This document shows positions 10,260-19,676 of a stretch of DNA of 64,000 nt, piece by piece. The notes under the pieces were generated by a model. The model saw nothing but the letters and a program-made list of their open reading frames with translations. It made no database searches and was not told the DNA's origin. The stretch covers positions 101,328-165,327 of the forward strand of contig JACAEN010000026.1 of NCBI GenBank assembly GCA_013388845.1, given 5' to 3'. Made by a program: the position numbers and the translations under genes. Position 1 is the first letter of the stretch. The number at the start of each line of letters is the position of its first letter. Origin of the DNA: Chloroflexota bacterium (lineage in GTDB: Bacteria > Chloroflexota > Dehalococcoidia > GIF9 > AB-539-J10).

Positions 10260-11768
10260 TTAGAGTTTCTTCACATCTATAGTCACGAATACTGCCCCAC
10301 CGACCCCTATTTTCTTCTGCTGCCCTTCAATATGCTGTCGCACAGCTTCGGGAATCTGGAGATTAAGGTCAGAAAGATGTCTTACCCCCTTCACCTGATA
10401 AGTTAAGTTATCATTGCTGCTTTCTATTGCGGCGGCGGCACCCATGGCGATAGCACGCATGTAGTTTATCCCTGTATATACTCCCGAAGGCACAATATCG
10501 CTATAGATAGTGCCATTGGCCACGCAGATTTCGTTGAAACCAGCCGGACCGATTAATCTCTTGCCAGCCTCTGTTTCCACAACTTTCACCTCGATAGACT
10601 TATCTTTCCAGGCCACAAACTCGCAGGGGGCAATCTCATCTTTATGCTTTCGGGCGGTTTCCTCAATCGCTTTGGCTATTCTCCGTCCCCGAGCTGTCTG
10701 AGGGCTGGCGATATAGGTAATAGATTTGGCTATCTCTTCGTCAGAATACTCGACTACGGAGAATTGGGGGTATGCCAGTTTCCTCACATCGTTTATTTCA
10801 TAAATAAGCATCCCCAGTCGCTCAATGCCAAACCCAGCGTTGAACACAGGGTATTTAATGTCGAAATTAGCCAGGGCCACAGGTGAATACATGCCAATGT
10901 CCGCTATCTCGAGCCAAGTGCCCTTATATTTGACGAAGACTTCCTGCTCCTGTCCGGGGGCATAGTACTTGGATGTTGCTATTTTGGTCTCGAATTTGAT
11001 GTCGGGAAAGCCATACTGTTGCATGATTTTCGTTGTTATCGTCCTTCCTGCTTCTAGAGACATCTCGGGGTCCATGACTACAATGGACGCTGAGTGGTGC
11101 ACTCGCAAATGGTGCGCATCTTCCCTTTGCTCGTTGCGATATCTGGGACCCACGGAGAATAGGGCGATGGGGAAGCTAGCTTTATCCTGTAGTGCCGCCA
11201 AGGTATGAAACCAGGTCGCTGTCATGTGGCTTCTTAAGGTCTTGTTGGATGGCGCTGGCTTTAGCTCTTTCAACTCGGGGAAAACTTTATCCAGGAGCTC
11301 CGTAGCTTGGTAATCCGTGATGCTCAGTCCGGCGATGAGATCTTCGATGAGATTATCGGCTTCGATTTCCCCCTTTTTGTAGTTTCTCAAAATGGTCTGC
11401 AATTTTTCAATGTCAATTTCTTCGCCTATTTTCTTTATCTCGGCTATTCTTTTGGCACTCAGCCCGATGTCGGGGCGGGGCAGTTCAGCTAAGTAAAAAG
11501 CCCTGTCCAATATAACCCGGGCTTCTGGCCCATACTGCTTGACCACATCAGTATCGGGCAATATAGTAAGGTTCTCGACCTCATCGAAACCGAGGTCTAA
11601 TAGAATCCGGCGAGATTTCTCAATCAATTCGCGAACAAGATGAGGTTTGCCTTTCCTTGTTAGGGTGATTTCTGTGCCTGCGGGGACAAGCTTCCCCGTA
11701 GCTACCCAAGCTTCAGTAAAGTTGCTTTTTGCCTCGGACTTTATTTCACCTGTATCGAAGGTTGCCAT
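10260..11768 (-). CDS. sepS: O-phosphoseryl-tRNA(Cys) synthetase (SepRS)
   Basis: GKPH, LGFDEVEN, KQYGPEARVILDRAFYLAELPRPDIG, TLRSHMTATWF, RNEQREDAHHL, SKYY, GMYSPVAL, GFGIERL, YPQF; C-terminal ExE...GPA anticodon-binding domain. Confidence 0.95.
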   Translation of the reverse strand: MATFDTGEIKSEAKSNFTEAWVATGKLVPAGTEITLTRKGKPHLVRELIEKSRRILLDLGFDEVENLTILPDTDVVKQYGPEARVILDRAFYLAELPRPDIGLSAKRIAEIKKIGEEIDIEKLQTILRNYKKGEIEADNLIEDLIAGLSITDYQATELLDKVFPELKELKPAPSNKTLRSHMTATWFHTLAALQDKASFPIALFSVGPRYRNEQREDAHHLRVHHSASIVVMDPEMSLEAGRTITTKIMQQYGFPDIKFETKIATSKYYAPGQEQEVFVKYKGTWLEIADIGMYSPVALANFDIKYPVFNAGFGIERLGMLIYEINDVRKLAYPQFSVVEYSDEEIAKSITYIASPQTARGRRIAKAIEETARKHKDEIAPCEFVAWKDKSIEVKVVETEAGKRLIGPAGFNEICVANGTIYSDIVPSGVYTGINYMRAIAMGAAAAIESSNDNLTYQVKGVRHLSDLNLQIPEAVRQHIEGQQKKIGVGGAVFVTIDVKKL

Positions 11769-11811
11769 GGGTGCAAAGTATACCTCAAATACCCTGAAGG
11801 TAGCTAGCCTT

Positions 11812-12078
11812 CTACTGCTTCTTTGCTGGAGTGTCTCCTACCCTCTCTACCTCGATGGTGCATTCTGTAACTAATGCGGCAATTGCCCCCAGCGCAGCCA
11901 GCACCGGAGCTGCTAGCGCTGTTACCGCCGCTACGCCAACGCCTACTGTCAGAGGGATGTCTATCAGAGGACGTCCCTTGTGTATTAACCGAACTCTCCT
12001 GATATTTCCTTGATGCACTAGCTCCTTGATTTTCTCAACTACTTCACATCCGTCTACAGTGAACTTCTCAGTTGGCAT
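11812..12078 (-). CDS. DUF4342-like protein
   Basis: VEKIKELVHQGNIRRV...IPLTVG...APVLAALGAIAALVTECTIEVER pattern. Confidence 0.8.
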   Translation of the reverse strand: MPTEKFTVDGCEVVEKIKELVHQGNIRRVRLIHKGRPLIDIPLTVGVGVAAVTALAAPVLAALGAIAALVTECTIEVERVGDTPAKKQ

Positions 12079-12092
12079 TGTCTTTGACCTCC

Positions 12093-12596
12093 TTACTTGC
12101 TAATGAGCCCCGTCAGATATTGCTTCAGCATGTCTAGTGCCGCATCTGCAGCGTCCCGCTTGTTTTCCTCGCGGTTTCCCGGGAGGACATGTTTTTGACA
12201 CAAGCTCTTACCTTCGGCGGCCAGGCTTAGGTAAAACAAACCCACCGGTTTTTCAGGAGTACCACCTGAAGGACCAGCAATCCCCGTATCGGAGACGCAT
12301 ATGTCCACTTTCAAGAGCTTCCTGCCACCTTGAGCCATCTCTCGAGCTGTTTGCTCGCTCACGGCACCATATTTTTTAATAGTGGCCCTTCTTACCCCCA
12401 GCAAGGCAATTTTCACTTCGTTGTTGTAGGCTACTATAGAGCCCTTGAAGTAGTCCGAACTGCCGGGCACATTGGTTATCCTGTCCGCTATCCTGCCGCC
12501 GGTCGCTGACTCCACAGTGCCGATGGTCAGGAATTTTCCCGTCTTGGCCTGGTATTCCCTTATTAGCCGGGCGATTTCTGCTTCCACTCTCGCCAT
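12093..12596 (-). CDS. CinA C-terminal domain / NMN deamidase family protein
   Basis: ESATGG, GSSDYF, GAVSEQTAREMA, TGIAGP, KPVG. Confidence 0.9.
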   Translation of the reverse strand: MARVEAEIARLIREYQAKTGKFLTIGTVESATGGRIADRITNVPGSSDYFKGSIVAYNNEVKIALLGVRRATIKKYGAVSEQTAREMAQGGRKLLKVDICVSDTGIAGPSGGTPEKPVGLFYLSLAAEGKSLCQKHVLPGNREENKRDAADAALDMLKQYLTGLISK

Positions 12597-12637
12597 TGTT
12601 GGTTAATTCTAGCAGATTTCCTTGCTATAATTCAGTA

Positions 12638-13417
12638 ATGGCTGAATTTAGCGACACAATTACCTTTCTGGGCACTGCCGGTGCCCGCTTCATCGTGGTT
12701 CGCCAGTTTCTGGCCTCTGGAGGTGCCTGGCTTAAGCTGGGCAACGCTCAAATACTCCTTGACCCCGGTCCTGGCTGCTTGGTTCAGGTTGCCAAGAGAA
12801 AGCTCGATGCTACGAAACTCGACGCTATCATCTTATCTCATAAGCATTTAGACCACAGCGGGGATATTAACATCATGATTGAAGCCATGACCGACGGAGG
12901 CACCAAGAGGCGAGGCATGGTCTTTGCTCCCGCCGATGCCCTGAATCAAGACCCTGTTGTTTTGTCCTATTTGCGGTCTTATCTTCAGGATATACAAGTT
13001 CTAACTGAAGGTGGGAGTTATAAAGTTAGCGATATTTCCTTCAAGACGCCCGTCAGGCATAAGCATCCCGTGGAAACCTATGGTTTTATCTTCCAAACGC
13101 CGCGGCATACTTTCTCCTGGATTATTGATACTAGATATTTTGAAGATCTGGCCAGTCATTATGAAGGCGATTTGCTGATTATCAATGTGGTCCGCTTAAA
13201 GCCCGGAGCTCCTCTGGACCATTTGTCTCTTCCTGAAGCGCGGAGCATAATCAAGCAGGTAAAGCCTAAGGCTGCCATTCTTACCCATTTTGGCATGACC
13301 ATGTGGCGGGCTAAACCCTGGGAGTTGGCTAAGAAACTGAGCGAAGAAACTGGGATTTCGGTAATCGCCGCCAGGGACGGCATGACATTCGACCTGGCAC
13401 AGTTAGACAGCCCATAA
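12638..13417 (+). CDS. MBL-fold metallo-hydrolase
   Basis: FLGTAG, DPGPG, SHKHLDH (HxHxDH), DT, DHL, LTHFG. Confidence 0.9.
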   Translation: MAEFSDTITFLGTAGARFIVVRQFLASGGAWLKLGNAQILLDPGPGCLVQVAKRKLDATKLDAIILSHKHLDHSGDINIMIEAMTDGGTKRRGMVFAPADALNQDPVVLSYLRSYLQDIQVLTEGGSYKVSDISFKTPVRHKHPVETYGFIFQTPRHTFSWIIDTRYFEDLASHYEGDLLIINVVRLKPGAPLDHLSLPEARSIIKQVKPKAAILTHFGMTMWRAKPWELAKKLSEETGISVIAARDGMTFDLAQLDSP

Positions 13418-13465
13418 AAGCTTGGTTCTGGAGTCCAGATTTATCCATTAGTATCTCCTAGGCTA

Positions 13466-14524
13466 TCACTTAGGCAGGAAGGTTTTGAGTAAATTCCACG
13501 AAGCCTCTGGCCTCAGTTCCCAGACATATGAAGTATCAACCACATCCGGGTTGTTGCATTGCCAGCATCCCTTGGTCATATTTGCCACCTCGCGACGGTC
13601 CCAGTTTTTCATTATCTCATCGAATGGGGATGTTCTCACATTTCCGTAAGGTCTATCATGGTTGAAACAGTTCGTTACGTTGCCTTCCGGCGTCACGGTT
13701 ACAAAAACAAAAGGCGCACGACAAACATAAGGCCTCATATTTAGCAAGTATCTGTGCAGATATGTTCGAGAGTTATTTATGGGATAGCCCCTCTTTTTCA
13801 GGTCAAGTAATTCTCTGGCTACTTGCTGCTCTGACTCCCGCGATGCCAGAGCTTCTTTGTTCGTCTCTCCGGTATCTCTGGCAATTCCTTCCTTGGCCGG
13901 GCAGACCCAGAGCGATACGCTGAGAGAGCGAGCAAGCTCTGCCATTTGCCCCATCACTTTCTCATTCCCTCGATGCAGGAGACAGTTGATGACAATCTTC
14001 TTGGGCGAGTTCATCCTCTTTAAGGTCTCTATGCCCTCGATAGCTTTCGCGAAGAGACCGGGCATGCCTCGGAAGGAATCGTGCCCCTTGCTTTCGGGAT
14101 AATCCAGTGAGACTATAATGCACCGGACTTCTTTGGCGATTTCATGCGCCCTGTCTGGTAGAAGGAGTCCGTTGGTGATTACAGTCGTCATCATTCCATT
14201 TTCGCGGGAAGAACGGCAGAGCTGGCCAATGTCCTGGCGCAAGAGGGGTTCTCCACCCCATATCGCATTTGCTATAAATCCTGCATCTTTGGCGCCACGA
14301 TAGAGGTGTTCGATGGCGCTTGTTTCCAGTTCGTCTGCTTTGTTATCACGCCAGAGACATGTCGGGCACTGGCAATTGCATCGTCCTGTGACCAGATGTG
14401 AGAGAAAAAACGGGCCTCGCCTGCCGGAGCGACTTGCCAGCAGAGTTCTGATGAAGCGGGCGATATCGCCCCAATCCCAGCGTGCACCCGAATCTCGTTG
14501 CTTTTCTAGCATGGCATGCACCAC
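13466..14524 (-). CDS. Radical SAM protein with C-terminal SPASM/Twitch-like domain (start uncertain)
   Basis: CNCQCPTC (CxxxCxxC), GGEPLL, TNG, VSLD; C-terminal Cys (CRAP, NCF, CWQC). Confidence 0.88.
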   Translation of the reverse strand: MVHAMLEKQRDSGARWDWGDIARFIRTLLASRSGRRGPFFLSHLVTGRCNCQCPTCLWRDNKADELETSAIEHLYRGAKDAGFIANAIWGGEPLLRQDIGQLCRSSRENGMMTTVITNGLLLPDRAHEIAKEVRCIIVSLDYPESKGHDSFRGMPGLFAKAIEGIETLKRMNSPKKIVINCLLHRGNEKVMGQMAELARSLSVSLWVCPAKEGIARDTGETNKEALASRESEQQVARELLDLKKRGYPINNSRTYLHRYLLNMRPYVCRAPFVFVTVTPEGNVTNCFNHDRPYGNVRTSPFDEIMKNWDRREVANMTKGCWQCNNPDVVDTSYVWELRPEASWNLLKTFLPK

Positions 14525-14658
14525 CCCTCGTACATTATGCTAAATCAACCCCCAAAAATCTTCTACTTTTTGGAGACCCGATAGGTTCGAATTTCGGATT
14601 TACAGATTTCCACGGGGATCGCGAGATTTTGGCGGTTGGATTCAGTAGAATGAGAGCT

Positions 14659-14776
14659 TCTTGGCAACGACATATTTTCCCAGAGGGTCCCCCCTCAAGT
14701 ATCGTCTGCGCTGGAGCGTTTCACTTCCGTGTTCGGGATGGGAACGGGTGGTTCCACTCCGCTAGAGTCACCAAGA
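14659..14776 (-). rRNA. rrf: 5S rRNA, not linked to 16S/23S
   Basis: Reverse complement reads TCTTGGTGACTCTAGCGGAGTGGAACCACCCGTTCCCATCCCGAACACGGAAGTGAAACGCTCCAGCGC...GTCGTTGCCAAGA; CCCATCCCGAAC and GAAGTGAA signatures; ends pair. Confidence 0.96.
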
Positions 14777-14789
14777 AGCTCTCTACTAT

Positions 14790-14819
14790 AGTATACCGTG
14801 TTTCGGGAAAAATACGCAA
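14790..14819 (-). promoter_or_regulatory. Sigma70-like promoter of the 5S gene
   Basis: Minus strand TTGCGT-18 bp-TATACT, 6 nt before the extended terminal stem. Confidence 0.6.
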
Positions 14820-14961
14820 GCCTGTATGCATAGACTTTCAAAACATCCAGTTGCTATTCTGAGTCCTTCGCTTGTTTGTTGTCACTCTGACTCTGAGTGA
14901 AGTGGAAAGGAATAATCTAATTGACGAGCCCAAATATGTATAATGCTGGCGATATTTCGAG

Positions 14962-15561
14962 ATGACGCAGGGCAATCTGAACAGAGAAGGTAGCAGTTCA
15001 TCTGTTAACGTGCTTTCTTCTGTGCTGAGGATCTTGGATGCCGAGAACCGGCTGATCGAGCGTGCTGACCAAAAGGCAATATCACTGCTCTCCGCTCTCG
15101 GCGTGTTTATGGTCTTCTTCATCGTTTACCATCGCGTCATCCCGATTAACCTGTTTACGGTTATACTATTGTCAATATACTTCGCCGTTTCTTTGCTGGC
15201 TATAGTGAGCCTCATCCTGGCAGTGCGTCCCAGGATTCGCATGGTTGAGGAGGAGACAGGAGACGCGGATAAAGCAGCCGCATGTGAGCCGGCCTTCTTC
15301 GTGGGAATCTGCAAATTCCCGATTTTGTCAGCTTACAGACAGGCTCTTCAGGATATGATGAAAGATGAAGCATCGATTGTCAATGTCTACACCAGGCAGA
15401 TCTTTGGCCTGGCTCGGGTCAACGCAGCCAAGTACAGAAATATCCAGCGTGCTGTCCTTCTGGTCATTATCGCATTGGCGGTGGAATTGGCTCTCGTGGC
15501 TTACCTGTTTATCTATTATCACGCCCAGGGGGCGACACTGCTGCCGCCGATTACTGGCTAG
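14962..15561 (+). CDS. Pycsar transmembrane-effector-like (PycTM/DUF5706) protein
   Basis: ADQKAISLL, TM-TM-AVRPR, FFVGI, QIFGLARVNAAKYRNIQRA, final TM; pattern recognised from memory of the family. Confidence 0.65.
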   Translation: MTQGNLNREGSSSSVNVLSSVLRILDAENRLIERADQKAISLLSALGVFMVFFIVYHRVIPINLFTVILLSIYFAVSLLAIVSLILAVRPRIRMVEEETGDADKAAACEPAFFVGICKFPILSAYRQALQDMMKDEASIVNVYTRQIFGLARVNAAKYRNIQRAVLLVIIALAVELALVAYLFIYYHAQGATLLPPITG

Positions 15562-15660
15562 GATTTGCATTTTTTCGACGAGGCTTGCTCTCAAAGATTA
15601 CTGTCTCTCCCCCTCAGGATAAGAGCTTTCTTCAAATTCCCCCTTAAAGGTGAGAAAACC

Positions 15661-15930
15661 GTAGTGCGAGGCTCCTGCCCGCCAGAGCTTGGCAGGCAGG
15701 TCAGCCTCGCTCCAGAGAGAGGATAAGAGGGTGCCAGTGGAGCTGGCCACGTCCTTCAATTTCGTGCTCTTGACAACTCCCCCTCTTAGGATAAGAGGGG
15801 GTTGGGGGAGTTACGACTTTCCAATGCTCATAACCCCCTTTAATACCCCTTACCCTAAGGGGGATAACGGGGAAAGAGCCCTAAATCCTAAACATTTAGC
15901 GCCGTGCACGACCTTGAAAGGTCGCACTAC
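15661..15930. repeat. REPIN-like composite palindromic element
   Basis: Bounded by inverted GTAGTGCGA...TCGCACTAC, each end followed by a palindrome; interior holds further hairpins (CCCCCTCTTAGGATAAGAGGGGG; CCCCTTACCCTAAGGGG). Confidence 0.65.
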
Positions 15931-16038
15931 AATCGTGCTCGGAATTTGCCGACTAAGAAGCGGAATCTTGGGAAAACTCACCCCTGCCCTCCTGTGCTAT
16001 AATGGTTTCCAAATCTCATAGAGAGGAGGTTTGTTCTC

Positions 16039-16833
16039 ATGGATTGGGGCATGCAGAATCGTCTGGCGCAATTAGTTCAAGCGGATGGCCGCTGTTTATT
16101 TTTGCCTGTGGATCATGGCTATTTTCAGGGTCCTATCAAGAAACTGGAGAACCCGCGCCAAACTCTGGAGCCCCTTCTCCCTTACACCGATGCTATTTTC
16201 ATTACCAGAGGGGTTTTGAGATCGTGTGTTGACCCTGACAGGGCGAAACCAATCATCCTGAGGGTCTCTGGCGGCACCAGCATAAAAGGAAAAGACCTGG
16301 CTCACGAGGGGATAACCACCTCAATGGAGGAAGCCATCCGACTCAATGCCTGTGCGGTGGGCATCTCCATCTTCGTGGGAACTGATTATGAGCATGATTC
16401 CTTGCTAAATCTAGCTAAGCTTGTTGACGAAGGGGAAAGGCATGGCATCCCGGTAATGGCTGTCACCGCCGTGGGCCGGGAACTGGAGAAGCGCGAGTCC
16501 CGCTATCTGGCTCTGTCCTGTCGTATTGCTGCTGAGTTGGGTGCTCGATTGGTTAAGACTTATTACTGTGACAAATTCGAGAGGGTTACCCGCGGCTGCC
16601 CTGTTCCCGTGGTCATTGCTGGCGGGCCAAAAGTTCCTACTGGATTTGAAGTTCTTAAATTTGTGTATGACGGCCTTCAGAAAGGCGCCATCGGTGTGAA
16701 TCTAGGGAGAAACATCTGGCAAAATGAGCACCCCGTGGCCATGATCAGAGCCATGCGCGCCATCATCCATGAGAAGGCCACCCCTGAGCAAGCCCAAGAG
16801 CTATACGATAGCGTAAAGGGTGGAACACCGTAA
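16039..16833 (+). CDS. lsrF: LsrF-like class I aldolase/thiolase (DhnA family)
   Basis: MDWGMQNRL, PVDHGYFQGP, IAAELGA, VKTYY, PVVIAGG, GRNIWQ. Confidence 0.85.
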   Translation: MDWGMQNRLAQLVQADGRCLFLPVDHGYFQGPIKKLENPRQTLEPLLPYTDAIFITRGVLRSCVDPDRAKPIILRVSGGTSIKGKDLAHEGITTSMEEAIRLNACAVGISIFVGTDYEHDSLLNLAKLVDEGERHGIPVMAVTAVGRELEKRESRYLALSCRIAAELGARLVKTYYCDKFERVTRGCPVPVVIAGGPKVPTGFEVLKFVYDGLQKGAIGVNLGRNIWQNEHPVAMIRAMRAIIHEKATPEQAQELYDSVKGGTP

Positions 16834-16957
16834 TAGTCTGTGATTCATAAAATGCAAACTACCTCCCTAGGGTTCTCACGTGAAATTCCAACCCTCGAGG
16901 AAGAAGTAACTTATTTGAAGTGAAACCTCATTACAAACAGGAGTAACCATCATAAAA

Positions 16958-17677
16958 ATGAAAAAGAGGAAAATGATACCAATATTACTGGTGGTCATGA
17001 TAGTTGCAGTTGTTGTGATAAGCGTATTCTTTGGACTCAGATTGGGCAAGGAAACATGGACGGAATCCTTCAATCTCGAAGAATGTAATTTCTCTGCGAC
17101 TGGAAGGAACTATTACTTCATTTTAGAGCCGGGATATCAATTAACCTTAGAAGGGAGCGAAGGTCAAAAGGGGGTTGAACTTATAATCACTGTGTTGAAT
17201 GAGACGGTGAAAATTGGAAATGTGGAAACCAGGGTTGTAGAAGAAAGGGAAACAAAAAACGGCGAATTGGTTGAGGTCTCCAGAAACTTTTTTGCCATAT
17301 GCACCCAAACTAACAGCGTATTCTATCTTGGTGAAGATGTGGACATCTATGAAGGTGGAGAAATTGTAAGCCATGAAGGTGCTTGGCAGGCGGGGATCGG
17401 AGACGCCAAAGCAGGTTTGATGATGCCCGGGATTATCCTGCTGGGGGCAAGATATTATCAGGAGGTAGCACCCGGTGTAGCTATGGATAGAGCAAAAATA
17501 TTAAGTAACGAAGAAATAGTCGATTCGCCTGCGGGTAGGTTTGATAAGTGTTTAAAAATAGAAGAAACAACGCCTTTGGAGCCCGGGGTTAAGGAATACA
17601 AATTCTACGCTGAAGGAGTCGGTCTTGTAAGAGATGGAGACTTGTTGTTAACCGAGTATGGATTTGTTAGCGAATAA
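16958..17677 (+). CDS. Exported/membrane-anchored hypothetical protein
   Basis: N-terminal TM; GRNYYFILEPG, YYQEVAPGVAMDRA, KFYAEGVGLV; 239 aa with coding-like composition. Confidence 0.75.
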   Translation: MKKRKMIPILLVVMIVAVVVISVFFGLRLGKETWTESFNLEECNFSATGRNYYFILEPGYQLTLEGSEGQKGVELIITVLNETVKIGNVETRVVEERETKNGELVEVSRNFFAICTQTNSVFYLGEDVDIYEGGEIVSHEGAWQAGIGDAKAGLMMPGIILLGARYYQEVAPGVAMDRAKILSNEEIVDSPAGRFDKCLKIEETTPLEPGVKEYKFYAEGVGLVRDGDLLLTEYGFVSE

Positions 17678-17909
17678 CAATTCAGAAAATATCGTGGGTT
17701 GGGCGGACTCCGAGTTCATTTATGCAATTGTTAACTGACATCGGCTTGCCTCCTATTCTGCTTGTGACAGTGAGAGGGGGCTTGACCGATTCCATAGTGG
17801 GAGGTGATGCCTATGGGAAAACAAAGCTAGCTTCTTTGCCTGCGGGTGATAGGGAGTTAGCCTGTTTCATTTCAAAGGCCCGCTAAACTGAAAAAAGGAG
17901 GTGACATTT

Positions 17910-18191
17910 ATGAAGAGACCTTCTTGGGAGGAACCCTTTGAGGACCGTGAAGATGCAAAGAAACACCTTTGTACCACGGGGCTGGCGGGGCACGCTTGTT
18001 GTTTTCTTGGTGCTGTGTTTGCTCTCTTGGGAATCATTGGTGATGCTGCAAACGCGACTCTTGGCCTGGAGCCCACATCTTGGTTACTGTTGGCTGTTTT
18101 TGCTTCTGTAGCTGGCATTCCTATGTGGATTATCTGGGGAATGTCTATGCATTTGCTTGGCATAGAGGCCAAAACTAAAGTGAAAGAGTAG
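17910..18191 (+). CDS. Small 2-TM membrane protein
   Basis: Strong SD AAGGAGGTGA; two hydrophobic segments around LGLEPTSW. Confidence 0.7.
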   Translation: MKRPSWEEPFEDREDAKKHLCTTGLAGHACCFLGAVFALLGIIGDAANATLGLEPTSWLLLAVFASVAGIPMWIIWGMSMHLLGIEAKTKVKE

Positions 18192-18418
18192 CTCTTGTTT
18201 AGTTGTGGGTGCAGGACTGATTGTCTAGTTTGCAGGGAGGTGGCCTGAGCAGCAAAAGCGAGTAAATAGTAGCTGCCCAATTCATTGGGCTTGCTCGTAA
18301 CAGATAGGTTTATCTACAGATTCCCCGCTTAAGGTAAGAGGGGCTAGGGGAGTTATGAAAGAAGCCTAGATGTGGTGGCGGGGTTTAGCGCCGCCTTGCG
18401 GTCTGAGAGGAAAATGCC

Positions 18419-19447
18419 ATGCGTGTAGCTATGTATTACAACAATCGGGATGTCCGTCTGGAGGAGATGCCTGTGCCCCAGATTGGCCCGGGCGAGGTGC
18501 TGATGCGGGTGGAAGCCAGCGGCATCTGTGGCACTGATTTGCTGGAATGGTATCGCCGGCACAAAGCCCCTTTAGTCCTGGGTCATGAAGTCGCCGGTGT
18601 GATTGTGGCTGTTGGGGAGGGGGTGGAACATCATAAAGTGGGTGAGCGGATTTGTGCCGCCCATCACGTTCCTTGTAACACTTGCCACTATTGCCTCATT
18701 GGACACCACACCGTTTGCGATACGCTGCGTCAGGCGAACTTCGACCCTGGTGGCTTTGCTGAGTATGTGCGGCTGCCGCGCATCAATGTGGAGCAAGGCA
18801 TATTTCCCTTGCCTGACGAGGTATCGTTTGGGGAAGCGACCTTTGTCGAGCCGCTGGCTTGCGTCCTGCGTGGGCAAAGATTAGCTCATTTCCAGCCGGA
18901 GCAGACTGTCCTTGTTATCGGCTGCGGCGTGGCTGGGCTCCTCCATATACAACTGGCTCGGGCTTCAGGTGCCAGTCGCATTATCGCCACGGATATCCTT
19001 GATTATCGCCTGGAGGCAGCCCGGAGGTTTGGAGCCGATGTTGCCATTCAGGCTAACGAATATACGCCAGCCTATGTGCGTGGTGTAGCTGACGGTCGTC
19101 TGGCTGACCTCGTCATAATATGTACCGGGGCGACAGCAGCGATAGCTCAGGCATTGGATTCGGTGGAGCGGGGAGGCACTGTTCTCTTCTTCGCACCCAC
19201 GGAGCCGGGTGTTAGCGTTCCCATATCGGTGAACGACCTGTTCTGGCGCAATGAGATAACGCTCACCAGTTCCTATGGGGGTAGCCCTGCCGATTATGCC
19301 GCCGCCTTGGAGCTGATACAGTCTGGCAAAATACGAGTGCGGCAGATGATCACCCATCGTTTGAGCCTGGCGGAAACAGGCTTGGGATTTCAGCTTGTGG
19401 CAGGGGCTCAGGACTGTCTCAAGGTCATCATCGAGCTCCAGAGGTAG
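18419..19447 (+). CDS. Zinc-dependent alcohol/polyol dehydrogenase (sorbitol/threonine DH family)
   Basis: GICGTD, GHE, CxxCxxC...C structural Zn site, EPLAC, GCGVAG. Confidence 0.92.
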   Translation: MRVAMYYNNRDVRLEEMPVPQIGPGEVLMRVEASGICGTDLLEWYRRHKAPLVLGHEVAGVIVAVGEGVEHHKVGERICAAHHVPCNTCHYCLIGHHTVCDTLRQANFDPGGFAEYVRLPRINVEQGIFPLPDEVSFGEATFVEPLACVLRGQRLAHFQPEQTVLVIGCGVAGLLHIQLARASGASRIIATDILDYRLEAARRFGADVAIQANEYTPAYVRGVADGRLADLVIICTGATAAIAQALDSVERGGTVLFFAPTEPGVSVPISVNDLFWRNEITLTSSYGGSPADYAAALELIQSGKIRVRQMITHRLSLAETGLGFQLVAGAQDCLKVIIELQR

Positions 19448-19676
19448 CTCCATACCGGAGTATGGGGCACCACAGAACAGCTGGCAGGGCCTCATAGCGG
19501 TCTGCAGCGGTTGACGCGAGCCTGACGAGGGACATGGCATCACCCGAGCTCATCCTCTTGTGCAAAATACGTGGATTGTGGGCCAGGGCAGGCGCTTGAT
19601 ATGCGGGTGTCAGAGATGATAATATCTTTAGTGACTTAAAATCTGATACAGTAGGGTCAAAGAGGGGAAAAAGTTG

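Noticed and set aside
14570..14620. GGTTCGAAT as a tRNA T-loop
   Set aside because: No T-stem or cloverleaf; better explained as a fragment of the periodic repeat family.
15689..16021. 110-aa ORF over the repeat region
   Set aside because: Translation of palindromic repeats; no SD or protein-like features.
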